A program made the position numbers and the translations under genes. This document shows, piece by piece, positions 44,810-58,124 of a DNA stretch of 64,000 nt. Location: contig OZ231126.1 in the NCBI GenBank assembly GCA_965153355.1, positions 43,338,001-43,402,000 on the forward strand, read 5' to 3'. How positions within the stretch are numbered: the stretch's first letter is position 1; every line of letters starts with the position of its first letter. The stretch comes from Flaccisagitta enflata (Eukaryota). Below the pieces are notes generated by a model that did no database searches, was not told the DNA's origin, and was given only the letters and a program-made list of their open reading frames with translations.

Positions 44810-45088
44810 CACACACACACACATAAAGGCAGACAAAGAGAGGCACTTATTAGTATTCAATAACAATTAAACAAAAAGTTTTTAGTTTTGGAAACAAGGC
44901 CGGATACACAACCAATAATTAGTAGCTGGTGGGTGGGCAGGGGCATTATGGGACAGGGCGGGGGCTGTGATGTGGTGAGGCAGAGGTAGGAATGCGCAGA
45001 AAAAAGGTAACAGACGGATTGACGGACCAATGGACAGACAAACTTTTTTATAGAGTCGCCTAACCAGCAACTCATCGAGTGAGATATA

Positions 45089-45264
45089 CAGTATTACCCC
45101 GCCTCATCGGTCCCATTTGGACTGAAGCTTTTTCACCTTTATCTCAGGGTCCCCTCTAAAGAGAGGTGAAATCACATTAGAAACTGTCATTTTGGACCTT
45201 AAAATGTTGACCTTTATTGATGGGGAACATTTAAAAGCGGGGCTGTTATTGCGGGGTCCTACTG
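45089..45264 (-). mobile_element. 176-bp MITE, same family as 41258-41433, opposite orientation
   Basis: Reverse complement aligns end to end; the empty site gtgagatatatcaac is at 41816-41830 in copy 1. Confidence 0.9.
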
Positions 45265-45317
45265 TATCAACCAACGTGTCCTAACACTCTCTCTCTCTCT
45301 CTTCTATCTAAATTCAG

Positions 45318-45503
45318 GTAGAGAACCTTCTAGCTCAGGAATCAAGGAGCCCACGTCCATGGTGGAAAAAAATCGTAGTGGCGAAACATTTTGCTTTTCC
45401 AAACATTTAACTATGCCAAACGGTGCTTTTTTCATTGCCATCTTTGCTGTCATCATTGCATTGCTCATGTTTCTAGTCTTCAAGTGCAAAACTTCTAGCG
45501 TAG
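45318..45503 (+). CDS. Transmembrane exon, copy b
   Basis: ttcag acceptor, G|gtaaat donor, 186 nt, phase 1-1; GAFFIAIFAVIIALLMFLVF; in frame with the exon ending 40943 and the exon starting 45622. Confidence 0.7.
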
Positions 45504-45621
45504 GTAAATATACCATAATCCTAGAATACTGTCTGATCAGTGCTTATTTGCATGTTTTCTTAATACTAATATGATTCTCCTGTTCAATTATCCATCATTT
45601 TCTTTCTCTCAAACCTAACAG

Positions 45622-46193
45622 AGATCTCAAGGGGACTCGTTTTGGAACCCAAAGAAGAACCGACATCAGTTCCCTCGTCAACTGCTCCAGTCAGCATTCC
45701 AGCTGAAACAAGTGGCAGTAGCTCAGTTCCGGCCAGTGAGGACCCAGAAGCTGTCGCTGATGTACCAGATCCCTCAGACGCCGTTTCAGATACAGCAAGC
45801 GATGTTGCTGGTGCCGTAACCGAGTCAACTGATGCTGCAGGAGCTGTTGATGATGAAGGATCAGTAGGGGCTGCAGGAGCTGAAGGAGCTGTTGGTTCTG
45901 GTTCTGCTGCTTCCTTAAATAGTTCCTTAGAATCTCCAAATGTCGTTGAAGAGTCTTCTACCCCAATCATTTCTGCTGATCCACCGATCGACATTTCATC
46001 CGAAATCGTCGCTATTCCTGCCCCCGAGGCAACTCCTGCTCCTGCCCCTGCCCCAGTGGAGACTGTTCCTCCTGCCCCTGCCCCAAGTCAGCCGAACGAC
46101 GATGGCCAAAAGACAATCACTCTCAAAGTTCCCACAAAAGAGCAAATTAGTAAAGAATGGGGAAGAGTCAAACGGAGATTGAAAAAAGAGTGA
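45622..46193 (+). CDS. Terminal exon: acidic Ser/Ala/Pro/Asp/Glu-rich low-complexity region with a basic C-terminus
   Basis: Acceptor tttctctcaaacctaacag, phase 1; open for 190 codons; not a simple DNA repeat; ends KEWGRVKRRLKKE*. Confidence 0.75.
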
Positions 46194-47097
46194 TTTGTAC
46201 TTTTTTCAGGCCTGTATATTGTTCTACATTCCCCCCCCCCCCCCGTGGGGGGGGAGAAATAATCAAAGGGTTTGGAGATGGGGAAAAAAATGTGAGGGGA
46301 AAAAAGAGAAAAAAAGAAAATTTGGGGAAGATAAAACTTTTGGCAGTACCAAATCATAAAAACTGATTAGTAAAACACAATTTAACACTATTTAAACCTT
46401 AAAAACACTGTTTTATTGCTATATGGGGAGGAAAATCATAGATTTTGTAACGCGACGTGACGCGCCGCGGGGAAGAAAATCAAAGGCAGGGCGGGAAATT
46501 AATCAAAGATCATAGAACTATTATATATCATAGACTTTTTTATTCCAGCTCCTTTTTTTAGTCGCGTGAACGCGACTCTATGACCCACTCTGTCCGTCTG
46601 TCTGTCCGTCTGTCGGTCCGTAACGCTTAACTTTTTTTTTGCGTCATCTTAAGTTATCTAAAGTTATTTTAAGTCACTTTAAATTTAGTCTTTTGATCTT
46701 TTAGTCTTTTAGTCTTATGGTCTTACAGCCGCACGCGACTGTAAGGTGTTGGCCTTGTTTTCTTCTAATTTGAATCCAGTAGTTAGGGATGCAATTTCTG
46801 GAATCTAAAACATTTAAGATCTCGTTTAGCATGCAATTCTTTAATTTTATTGCACAATTGTATGGAGCTGCGCTCAAATTGTTGAAATGCCCTGTATAAT
46901 GTAACTTCCAATAGTCTTTTAAACATTTGATGAAAACATTACAGATACGGCCTTAAGTTCTGAAAAACTTTTTTTCTTTGAAAGGAATTGTCTCAATGAG
47001 TAATACAAATACAATGACGTGATAGATTGAGAGATGGACTAAGTGATGTTTTGTAGGTTAGACAGATATAAATGGCTAAAAGGCGAGCTCTAACACT

Positions 47098-47898
47098 TTT
47101 TAGTCGCGTGCACACAACTCTATGACCCTTTCTGTCCGTCTGTCAGTCCGTCTGTTGGTCTGTCAGTCGGTCTGTAATCCTTAGCTTTTTTTTGCCGTTT
47201 GTCGTCATTTTTTGTCATTTTCAGTCATTTTAAGTTATTTAAAGTTATTTTAAGTCATTCTAAGTCATTCCAAGTCACTTTAAGTCATTTTTTTTTTTTT
47301 TGCGATTTCAGTATTTGTCATTTTACATCATTATAAGTCATTGTAAGTCATTTTAAATCATTTTAGGCCATTTTCAGTCATTCTTAATCATTCTGAGTCG
47401 CTGTAAGTCATTCTGAGTCACTCTAAGTCATTCCAAGTCCATAACGCTTAGCTTTTTTAGCCCTTTTACGTCATTGTAAGTCTGGTTTAAGATCTGGTTT
47501 AAGATTTGGTTTAAGCCTGGTTTAAGATCTGGTTTAAGCCTGTTTTAAGCCTGTTTTAAGTCTGGTTTAAGTCTGGTTTAAATCTGGTTTAAGTCTGGTT
47601 TAGGTCTGGTTTAAGTCTGGTTTGTTTAAGTCTGGTTTGAGTCTGGTTTAAGTCTGGTTTAGGTCTGGATTTAGTCTGGTTTAAGTCTGGTTTTAGTCTG
47701 GTTTTAGTCTGGTTTAAGTCTGGTTTATGTCTGGTTTATGTCTGGTTAATGTCTGGTTTGAGTCTGGTTTGAGTCTGGTTTAAGTCTGGTTTAAGTCTGG
47801 TTTGAGTCTGGTTTTAAGTCGATAAGTGATACAATAAGGAGTCAGGTCAATTCAGTTATCTTGGTCTCGCACGCGACTTGAAGGTGTTGGCCTTGTTT
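47098..47898 (+). mobile_element. Family-A HINE variant with expanded internal tandem repeats
   Basis: HINE ends agtcgcgtgc and gcacgcgacttgaaggtgttggccttgtt; ~10-bp taagtcattc units, then an 11-bp (aagtctggttt)n array at ~47478-47820. Relatives at 20363, 36790, 46555, 60745 and 62935. Confidence 0.8.
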
Positions 47899-48895
47899 CC
47901 AGAGCAAACGGTAAAATCGTTAAAAATAATCAACAAAAGTGTGATTGAATAACTGACCAATGGGCGAACATGGCCAGGCATGGGTGTATGAGAAGGGACG
48001 TCGGCCGACGTCCCTGTTTGTCGGACTTACACCCCTGTCTGACTTAAGCCCATGTAGAAAAAGAAGGGAAAAATGGGGGAAAAATGTAATAAGAGATGTG
48101 TGTTTTTCTAACCTATTAGTCTGTCATTTCTTGCATGCAAGTGTAATTAATGATTTGAAAAGAATGGAGTGATAAAGCTTGTTGGGCTTGAAGCTCTGTC
48201 GAACTTAAAATTGGTTGCCGACGACCCTTTGAGATTCGGTGCCACACACTTATGTGGCCAGGTATATGGAGTCGCGTGCACTCAACTAAAAAGAATCGAC
48301 CTCATGGTCGAATCAAGATGCGGAATTAGTTGGGAATTGTACTTGCAGCGAATGCGCAATGCCGCGACCAACTAAGTCCGTCGCTCAAGCCTTGGATCCA
48401 TCCCATTAACGATACTTTCTTATCCGAAAATACATGAGTTGGACAACAGTTCAAAACAACCAAAATCAGAATAAGGACAAGAGCCTTAGGAGCTCTTTCT
48501 GGTGCTTAATGCGTATCCTTCACAGCTATCCTTAGAATTACCAAAAGTCAAAAGTCATAAGTCAAAAATACCAAAAAACGGCTCAACAGATACAAATCAC
48601 TACCCAAAGGCCAGAGACACCTTTTCGCTCTATCTGCATTTTAGAGGCTGCATAACCGCACAGACAAAGTCTTGTTTTTAGGTGTCGGTCATCTTTGACC
48701 TTTGCTTCAGACATTTTTCTTTTTTTTTTTTGTGTTCCGTTTTTTATTCTGTTATCAAATTCATCATAGACGATGCCCAGAAAACCTTCCGTGGTCATTT
48801 TTCAGCGTCACCCACTTGTCAGTTTCGTGCCAACTTCCACCTGACATAATCTGTCATATATCTGCGTCATTCGCCATTTTAAAGGCGATCTGCCT

Positions 48896-48954
<59 letters not shown>

Positions 48955-51010
48955 CAATCTGCCATTTGGCATTATCCAGCGTTGGACTCCCTGTCTTGTT
49001 TTTTGAGGTTTTTTTTTTTCTTTTTTTTTGCAAGACGCTTGTACGTACGAAACTTAACAACTTATTTTGTCGGTTGTTTTGTCCATCGGTCAGTGACATC
49101 TTCCTTTCAAAGACTTTTTTCGCCCCAAATGTCTTGCTGATGCGCGTAAATCTAAATGGAAATTGAATAATCCCAACCCTAAGCTCACAGAGGGCAAACC
49201 CGAAACAAATCCATGGTGGCTCATTCTCTCCCTCACGTTTCCTTCGTTTTTCTCTTTCCTTTTCTACTATTCCTAACTTATCTTCCACTCACACTCCCTA
49301 CACAACCCGCACTCCCACCAGCAAACAAATTTAGATCAAAACAAACTGGCTTAAAAATCGGGATTCCGCTATGAAATGCTGAAGGTTGTGTTTCCTTTCT
49401 TATTTATTGCCAGTTTTTCAAAAGGCGCACGGATTTTATGGCGGAGAAAAAGTAGAGAATGGAGAAAACCAAAAAAAGTTAGTGTCAAAACGAGGCCGGA
49501 AAAATGACCAACCAAGTCAGGCACAGGTGGGCGGGGGCAGCGATGGTATTGGTTGACTTAGCATTTGGCCTGTAGCTGTGATGTAAAAAACGCAAAGTAC
49601 TACCAACTGACCAACTACAAAACGAACCAACTAAGATATTCCATGCCACATTGAGTCGCCTTAAAGCGATCTAAAAGAAAAAAGTACTGTAATCGGTATT
49701 TATTTCTTTTTTTCTTTCTTTCCTTTTTTTTTTTTTTTTTTTGTTTCACCTAGTGACAATTCAGTAACGATGATAATGAACCTATCGGACCGTTATTTCT
49801 GAGTGCTTAAATTCCTAATTTTTCTCCATTCTGATACAAAACATTTGCCTATGACGAATGGACCAACCAACCAACTTGCACGGTCTGCAGAGGAAGCGAC
49901 AAAAATGATTGAAACGCAAATGAAAAATACCAAGTGCAGAGATTCTGGGGGGAAAAACGATGAAATGAACGAGGGCGTCATGTGTTAGGGTTAAGAGGGT
50001 TAAGAACAAAGTTGAAAGTTGTTTAGCGAGTCTGTCAGTCTGTTTATTCTTTTTAGTCGCGCGCTACGTGGCTCAATAACCTCGGTCAGTCCGTCCGTTT
50101 GACGGTCACACTTTGCTTTTTCGACGGCAATGCAATGGTCTGAAATGTTGGACTGGATATCACTGCCCCTCTCCACCTATACGCGACATGGGTCGCTGAA
50201 TATCCGGCCTTGTTTCTTCCCTCCTCCTTCTTCATCCATATTCAACTGTTCATCCTGGTTCCACAATCCACTTCCTCTAAGATCGGCGTCGTTTTACTCC
50301 AAATTCCTTCTCGTCGTTGTTGGGCGGCATTTTTGGCCGATGTGTGTGTGTATATATATGTCGAGTGTTATGATTGTTTGCTGGCGGGCCTTCTTCCGGT
50401 GCAATCTTCGTCGTCGACTTCGTCGTCGTCGTCGTCGTCTCCGACTCCGTAGGCGCTGCATCAGGTGAGCTTTCAAAGACGTGGATTGGGAAAGATATTT
50501 ATGATTAATAGAGGAGGAAAGGCAATTCATAATGTATAAACACGCAAAGTCGCGCAAACTCAAAGCAAAAACAAGATCGACAGAGGGGAATACAAAGAGA
50601 CAGAGAGCGAGAGAGGGATGGATAAATATTTGGCGATCGTCCGCCTATCTTTTCCCTCTCTCCAATTCTTCTTAACTCTCTTTCCCCTATCGTCTACCCC
50701 CTCCCCCTTCTCCCAATTGCTACCCTCATCCCCCCCCCTCCACATTAACCGTCTCTCGACTTCCTTCTTTTTTATCAGCTTGATGTTGATGAAAGAACTG
50801 ATCATCATGAAACTCAATCGATTTGTTTTTTTGTTTTTCTTATTTTTAGTCTTTGTCCGTCCGTCTGTCCGTGGGCACAAGTTGAGAATAGGTAAAACAA
50901 GCGTTTTAGGTGCTTGTGTGGGTGGGAGGAGCTGGTAGGGGTTGGGGTTGGGTTGTGGACGGAGGTTGAACGCCCCTGCCCACACGTCCGCGACCATAAT
51001 GCTACCGGAC

Positions 51011-53933
51011 GGTATGTTTTCCCCCTCTTGTGCTCAAAACCCATATACCCGTTTGTTTTTGATTATTTTCATAATATTACTACCTAGAACAAAAGAGATT
51101 TGGGATTTTTGATCCATTTTAGGGACCGCGAGTTCCATTTATTTATCACTACTCCAAGGTGGTTGTGGTGAAAATGTTGAAATTTGGTCACTTTGGGCTC
51201 AAAATCGGGCCACTTTGCATTTGAAATTTGACCCAAAATCCATGAGATTAAGAAACTAGAGCTCAAGAGCTAACCAGTGGTGCAATCCGCATGTTGCTAT
51301 CGTTTTTTGTTGAGATTTGAGAGCATTTCAAAGATGGAAGGGTATGAGGGATTTTTTACCACATGAATTTGGTAGTCAATTTTGACATTTTTTACAATTT
51401 TTGATATATCTCCGCTTTGGATGGACAAATTTGGACAAAATTGGTGACCAAATTGAAGAGTTTTTGATGCTCTATCTGAATCTGGTTAAATTTTTGATCG
51501 ATATGACTCTCTAATTTTTTGGGCGACTCTAGAAGCAGGTGCTAAAAAGTGAATTTTTTCGCCATTTTGGCTACTTTGGTCAAAAAATTTGGGCACTTCT
51601 GAGATAGAACAAGGCCAAGTAGGCCAACAAGGTGCGACGTGTGGATCGTCGAACGAATGCGTTACCCAACAGACAGACCGACGGACACAGCCAGTTATAG
51701 AGGTGCTTTGTCGCACCTAAAAAGACAAAAAATTCATGAGCAAATTAAACTACAGCTCAAGATCTAACCAATGGTGCAATCGGCATGTCAATATGTTAAA
51801 GCATATAGATTTGGCAGAGCTTCAAAGATCAGTGGGTATGATAAAACAACATTTTTTGGTAATTTTGGTTATTTTGGGCTCAAAATCAGGCCACATCGCT
51901 TTCGAAATTTGACCCAAAATCCATGAGATTATAGAACTAGAGCTCCAGAGCTAACCAGTGGTGCAATCCGCATGTTGCTATCGTTTTTTGTTGAGATTTG
52001 AGAGCATTTCAAAGATGGAAGGGTATGAGGGATTTTGTACCACATGAATTTGGTGGTCAGCTTTGACGTTTTTCACAGTTTTTTATGTATCTCCGCTTTG
52101 GATGGACAAATTTGGACAAAATTGGTGACCAAATTGAAGAGTTTTTGGTGCTCTATCTGAATCTGGTAAAATTTTTGATCGATATGACTCAAATTTTTTG
52201 GGCGACTCTAGAAGCAGGTGCTAAAAAGTGAATTTTTTCGCCATTTTGGCTACTTTGGTCAAAAAATTTGGGCACTTCCGAGATAGAAAAAGACAAAAAA
52301 TTCATGAGCAAATTAAACTATAGTTCAAGACCTAACCAACGGTGCAATCAGCATGTCAATAGGTTAAAGCATATAGATTTGGCAGAGCTTCAAAGATCAG
52401 TTGGTATGATCAAATGACATTTTTTGGTAATTTTGGTCATTTTGGGATCAAAATCAGGCCACTTTGCTTTCGAAATCTGACCAAAATTCTATCAGAATAT
52501 AAGACTAGAGCTCAAGATCTAACCAGTGGTACAGTTCGCATGTTCTAGTTTTGTTATCTCATGGATTTTGGGTCAAATTTTGTAAGCAAAGTGGCCTGAT
52601 TTTGAGCCCAAAATGACCAAAATTACCAAAAATGTCATTTGATCATACTGACTGATCTTTGAAGCTCTGCCAAATCAATATGCTTTAACATATTGACATG
52701 CCGATTGCACCATTGGTTAGATCTTGAACTGTAGTTTAATTTGCTCATGAATTTTTTGTCTTTTTCTATCTCGGAAGTGCCCAAATTTTTTGACCAAAGT
52801 AGCCAAAATGGCGAAAAAATTCACTTTTTAGCACCTGCTTCTAGAGTCTCCCAAAAAATTTGAGAGTCATATCGATCAAAAATTTTACCAGATTCAGATA
52901 GAGCATCAAAAACTCTTCAATTTGGTCACCAATTTTGTCCAAATTTGTCCATCCAAAGCGGAGATACATCAAAAACTGTGAAAAACGTCAAAATTGACCA
53001 CCAAATTCATGTGGTACAAAATCCCTCATACCCTTCCATCTTTGAAATGCACTCAAATCTCAACAAAAAACGATAGCAACATGCGGATTGCACCACTGGT
53101 TAGCTCTGGAGCTCTAGTTTTATAATCTCATGGATTTTGGGTCAAATTTCGAAAGCAAAGTGGTTCGATTTTGAGCCCAAAATGACCAAAATTACCAAAA
53201 AATGTCATTTTATCATACCCATTGATCTTTAAAGCTCTGCCAAATCTATATGCTTCAACATATCTACATGCCGATTGCACCATTGGTTAGATCTTGAGCT
53301 GTAGTTTAATTTGCTCATGAATTTTTTGTCTTTTTCTATCTCGGAAGTGCCCAAATTTTTTGACCAAAGTAGCCAAAATGGCGAAAAAATTCACTTTTTA
53401 GCACCTGCTTCTAGAGTCTCCCAAAATTTTTGAGGGTCATATCGATCCAAAAATTTTACCAGATTCCATTAGAGCATCAAAAACTCTTCAATTTGGTCAC
53501 CAATTTTGTCCAAATTTGTCCATCCAAAGCGGAGATATATCAAAAATTGTAAAAAATGTCAAAAATGACTACCAAATTCATGTGGTAAAAAATCCCTCAT
53601 ACCCTTCCATCTTTGAAATGCTCTCAAATCTCAACAAAAAACGATAGCAAGATGCGGATTGCACCACTGGCTAGCTCTTGAGCTCTAGTTTCTTAATCTC
53701 ATGGATTTTGGGTCAAATTTCAAATGCAAAATGGCCCGATTTTGAGCCCAAAGTGACCAAATTTCAACATTTTCGCCACAACCACCTTGGAGTAGTGATA
53801 AATAAATGGAACTCGCGGTCCCTAAAATGGATCAAAAATCCCAAATCTCTTTTGTTCTAGGTAGTAATATTATAAAAATAATCAAAAACGATCGGGTACA
53901 TGGGTTTTGAGCAAAAGAGGGGGAAAACATACC
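51011..53933. mobile_element. Foldback element: ~1.39-kb inverted arms built from ~570-bp tandem units, ~35-bp spacer
   Basis: ggtatgttttccccctctt at 51011 mirrors aagagggggaaaacatacc ending 53933; mirrored ORFs 51084-51266(-) and 53678-53860(+); centre ~52510-52543. Confidence 0.92.
51610..51718 (-). mobile_element. 109-bp minimal HINE in the left arm of the foldback
   Basis: aggtgcgacaaagcacct hairpin, gtcc repeat, gtcgcacct subTIR, ggcctacttggcc hairpin; absent from the other three unit copies. Confidence 0.85.
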
Positions 53934-54975
53934 CCGCCTTACTTGTTTTCTTTTACCCAATTGGGCTTTGGTGGTTATGTGTGAATCAAATGTATCGATT
54001 TTTGCGCATTGTGAGCCAACGCATTGAGATTCAGTTCCGTCTACCGTCGGATTTTTTTGGGATGCGTGTGTAGTCTGAGTGTCTTTATGTCGAACTGTTC
54101 AGCGGCTACTCTTCAACGCCAAACAAACAAAAACAATGATGAGGATGCATCGCATCGTCAGTATGGGCTTGCTCATTCCTCTCGCGTTCTTGTGTTTATG
54201 CCATTCCTAATCTCTTGTTTTTATGATTTCTCTCCCAAACTTGATTCTTCCGATATTCCTTTGGGCGTCCTTCGGCTTTCTCTTATTATTGTCATCATCA
54301 ACCAACCCTTGTCTCGTAGATCATTTCCTTTCTTCTCTTGTTTTGCCCTTCTTAACGGCGTACGGGAGCGAAATTGGACAGGGACGTCATGCTCAATGAA
54401 TAATTAGCAAAATGTGTGTCTGAACGGAAATGAATTCATAACCCTGAAAGATTTCATACTGTGATGGAAAAGATAGAAGTTAAAGGGGCAATGATTACAA
54501 ATCCTAACGGGAGCGAGCAAAGAAAAGCTCAATTGGGCAACAGGATGCGTCGTATTCTTGATTTGTGAAGTGGTGTAACAGACCAATATACGTTTTTACT
54601 GACAGAGGGATAGATCCTCTTTAAGCTTGAAAACAAGGCCGGATACACGGCAGGACAGTTGCGGACGGTTGGGCAGGGGCCTTAAAGCAAAAACCGCTTG
54701 AAATTCAGAAATATTTGTTACGTACCGACCTACCGACCAACACGCCAAGGTGTAGAGTCGCGTGTCCGCGACTAAAAATCAGATGAAGCATTCTTTATTA
54801 TACTTGATGTTTTGCATTCCGTAGCTGGGACGTTAGCCGACGTCTTGGGCGTCCCTCTTTATGTGCTACCATATCACAAGTCTCTGTTTCCCTCATTCAA
54901 CATCTTGCCATTTTTGTTTGTCGTTCAATTATATTTCTGTCAGTCAATCAACATTGTTTCATGTCAGTCTGCCTA

Positions 54976-55060
<85 letters not shown>

Positions 55061-56112
55061 TCTATTCTTATATCCAAATGACTTTGGGGCAGATTTTGCG
55101 TATGAATAGAATTCTGCCCATTACGAGTGAGTTACTGATCCTCATCTCTTTCGTGGTTTCTTTTCTCTCTTTCTTATGTGTTTTTTCTTCTTCTTTCTTT
55201 TTACTGTCCCTTTCCTCTCTCTCTATCTCTTTGTTCTTTTATTTTATGCGGATATATATAATATTCCATCTTATCCCCCTCGTTTGGGCAGCGTCCCCCC
55301 CACCCCCCTCCCCCTCGTCCAGTTTTGAAGCCTAGATTTCAGCCGCTTTGAGGCCCCAATCTCAGTCTCAGGGCTCAAATACCAAGCCAGACATTTGAAT
55401 CCCACCTGCGAGTCTCATATTCCATCCTCAAGGCTCATATTTCAATCTCAAAGCTCGTATGCCAGCCTTGAGGCTCATATCCCAATCTCAGTCTCAGGGC
55501 TCAAATACCAACCGTGAGATTTAAATCCCATGTGCGAGTCTCATATTTTATCACGGCTCATATTCCAATCTCAAAGCTCATATGCCAGCCTTGAGGTTCA
55601 CATCCCAATCTCAGCCTCAAGTCTCATATCCCAGCGTCGAGGCTCATATCGATGAGGATCTTATCGACGTCTTGAGGTTCAAATCACGGCCTCACGGCCT
55701 CACAGCCTTCTTTGGGGCTGCTTTCCCTCCCACTACCACTCTTTTGATATGCTTACTTAGGGGCAACAGGTACCGTTGTCCATCTTACGCTTTTGCGACT
55801 ATTCTCTCTTGTTACGTACTCTTTCCCCCTCTTTCCCCCTCTTTTCCCCTCTTTTCCTCTCTTTTCCCCTCTTTTTTCCTCTCTTTTATCATCTTGATGC
55901 ATCTTCTTTTCTTCATAAACCTCTCGAGGTTTCGTTCTCCCGAAAAATAAAAAAGAATCCATGTCCATGAGAGCTTTTCTCTCTCGTTCTCTTTTATTCT
56001 CTTTTATCTAACCTCCCCGATGACGTTTTCTCTCTCGTTCCCTGTGACTTTCTTGTTCACTTTCCTCCTGTCTTTTTGATGGACGAGTCTGCCCTTCGTT
56101 TGTTTGTCTGTA

Positions 56113-56167
<55 letters not shown>

Positions 56168-56171
56168 GTCC

Positions 56172-56227
<56 letters not shown>

Positions 56228-56231
<4 letters not shown>

Positions 56232-57605
56232 GAACGTAAGAGTGATGTCGACCGTATCTACATTCCCAGGTCAATGGGTGGAAGAGGCCTGATGTCAATG
56301 TGGGACAGTTTTAAAGGTACCATTGTAAGGCTTGCTCACTACCTAAATGCCACAGATGATGAACAAATGCAAAAATGCTCCCAGTTTGATAGTCGTTTGC
56401 TCTTCTCCATCACTAAAAAAACTGAAAAATTTTGTAATGCAATTAAATTTGGCAGACCGCCTAACCTTGAAAATAAACCAGCCATAAGACAAGCTAAGAT
56501 TGTGTCACAAAAGTTTAAGGAAGCAACTCAAAAAGAAAGATATGACGACTTTGAGAATAAGCCACAACATGGAGCATTCTTTCGACAATTAAAACAAAAT
56601 GAGCTCGACGTAAAATCAAGCCTGTCCTGGCTAGATAAATGCCACCTATCCCCCCAAAGTGAATCGTATATATGTGGGGCCCAAGAACTCTCTATCTTTA
56701 CCCGATGGCATGAAAAACACCTGCTAAAAACCAGCAAAACCGACGTGTGCAGAGTATGTAGAAAGGAAGTAGAGAGTACATCCCACATCCTAACAGGGTG
56801 TGATTCACTGGCAAAAAAAGATTACCTTGAACGGCACAATAATGTTGCAAGGTATCTCCATTTTGAAATATGTAAAAGGTATGGTATACAAACTGAAACC
56901 AAGTGGCACTTACATAGGCCTAAAGAGGTATACATGGACAACCGAGTTGAAATTCTCTGGGACATGACCCTCACCACGGATAGGGCAGTGGGGGCAAATC
57001 GCCCAGATATTGTCATCAGAGATAAAGAACAAAAAAGAACCTACATTATTGATGTAAGCTGCCCCAGTGACAAGAATGTGACTGAGAAAGAAAATGAAAA
57101 AATTGCAAAATACAGTGGCCTACGAGTAGAACTAGCAAAAATGTGGAATAGTGAATGTACTGTTATCCCGGTGGTTGTGGGGAGCCTTGGTGCTGTATCC
57201 CACAAACTTGGAGACAACCTCAGGATGATACCCGCTGAATTGTGTGCTACGATGTGTCAGAAAATAACTTTATTGGGAAGTGAGAAGATCATGAGATCGG
57301 TCTTATCACGAAAATGATTTGTACCTGGATATGCCATTACGGGAAGGAAGAATGAAAGCCATGAAAGCTCTCTGTACGGACTGGTGTTGCCACTACGGCC
57401 CAATTTGTTTGTTCAAAGTTGGCCTTTGTTGGATTACATATGAAGTGGACTACTTGAAATAAATACATTGCCAAAAACAACATCAAAAACAACAACAAAG
57501 AAAGAAACATTCTGAAATGCCCTTAGGATTAGGTCAATCCTCGGCTATCAGTCTCATACTACCAAGACAGTCTAAGACAGTTTGTTCTTGTGCAAGTAAA
57601 TGTAT

Positions 57606-57608
<3 letters not shown>
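56228..57608 (+). mobile_element. 5'-truncated RLE-type non-LTR retrotransposon, R4/Dong-like, inserted in (CT)n
   Basis: Open frame 56228-57317 with [14 protein letters not shown] (RT thumb), CRVC...HILTGC (CCHC), RHNNV, RPDIVI...IIDVSCP...EKIAKY (restriction-like endonuclease); ~290-bp 3' UTR; (CT)n on both sides. Confidence 0.9.
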
Positions 57609-57644
<36 letters not shown>

Positions 57645-58007
57645 CATTGCAAAGGATTTCTGATTTTACTCTTTTATCTCATGACATTTTTTTTTCTTTC
57701 GATTCTCAAAAAATATGCTAGCCTCTTTTTTTTCTCGTCTTGAATCTCACGGGAGGATGCTTAATGTGGTTATCTTGTCTGTCCTTGTCGTTTCTATTGT
57801 CACGAGACATAAGAGCTCATATTATATCCAGATTTGCTTGCTTCCAATGACATGAAATATACATGAAAAATGAATAACATGATGAAGATTACCCTTCAAC
57901 TAGTGGTGACCAACCACTTGTTTGGATGCTCATGTAAAGATCTTCTCATTGTTTTTGTTGTTAATATTGTTGTTGTCATTATCGTTGTTGAATGTAGGTA
58001 ATCTTGC

Positions 58008-58047
<40 letters not shown>

Positions 58048-58049
58048 GC

Positions 58050-58124
<75 letters not shown>

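Noticed and set aside
51084-53860. Twin 60-aa ORFs on opposite strands
   Set aside because: A by-product of the palindrome arms; non-ATG start and no coding signal.
56076-56227. N-terminus of the 413-aa ORF as a real start or signal peptide
   Set aside because: It is (GTCT)n/(CT)n sequence fortuitously in frame with the truncated retrotransposon.
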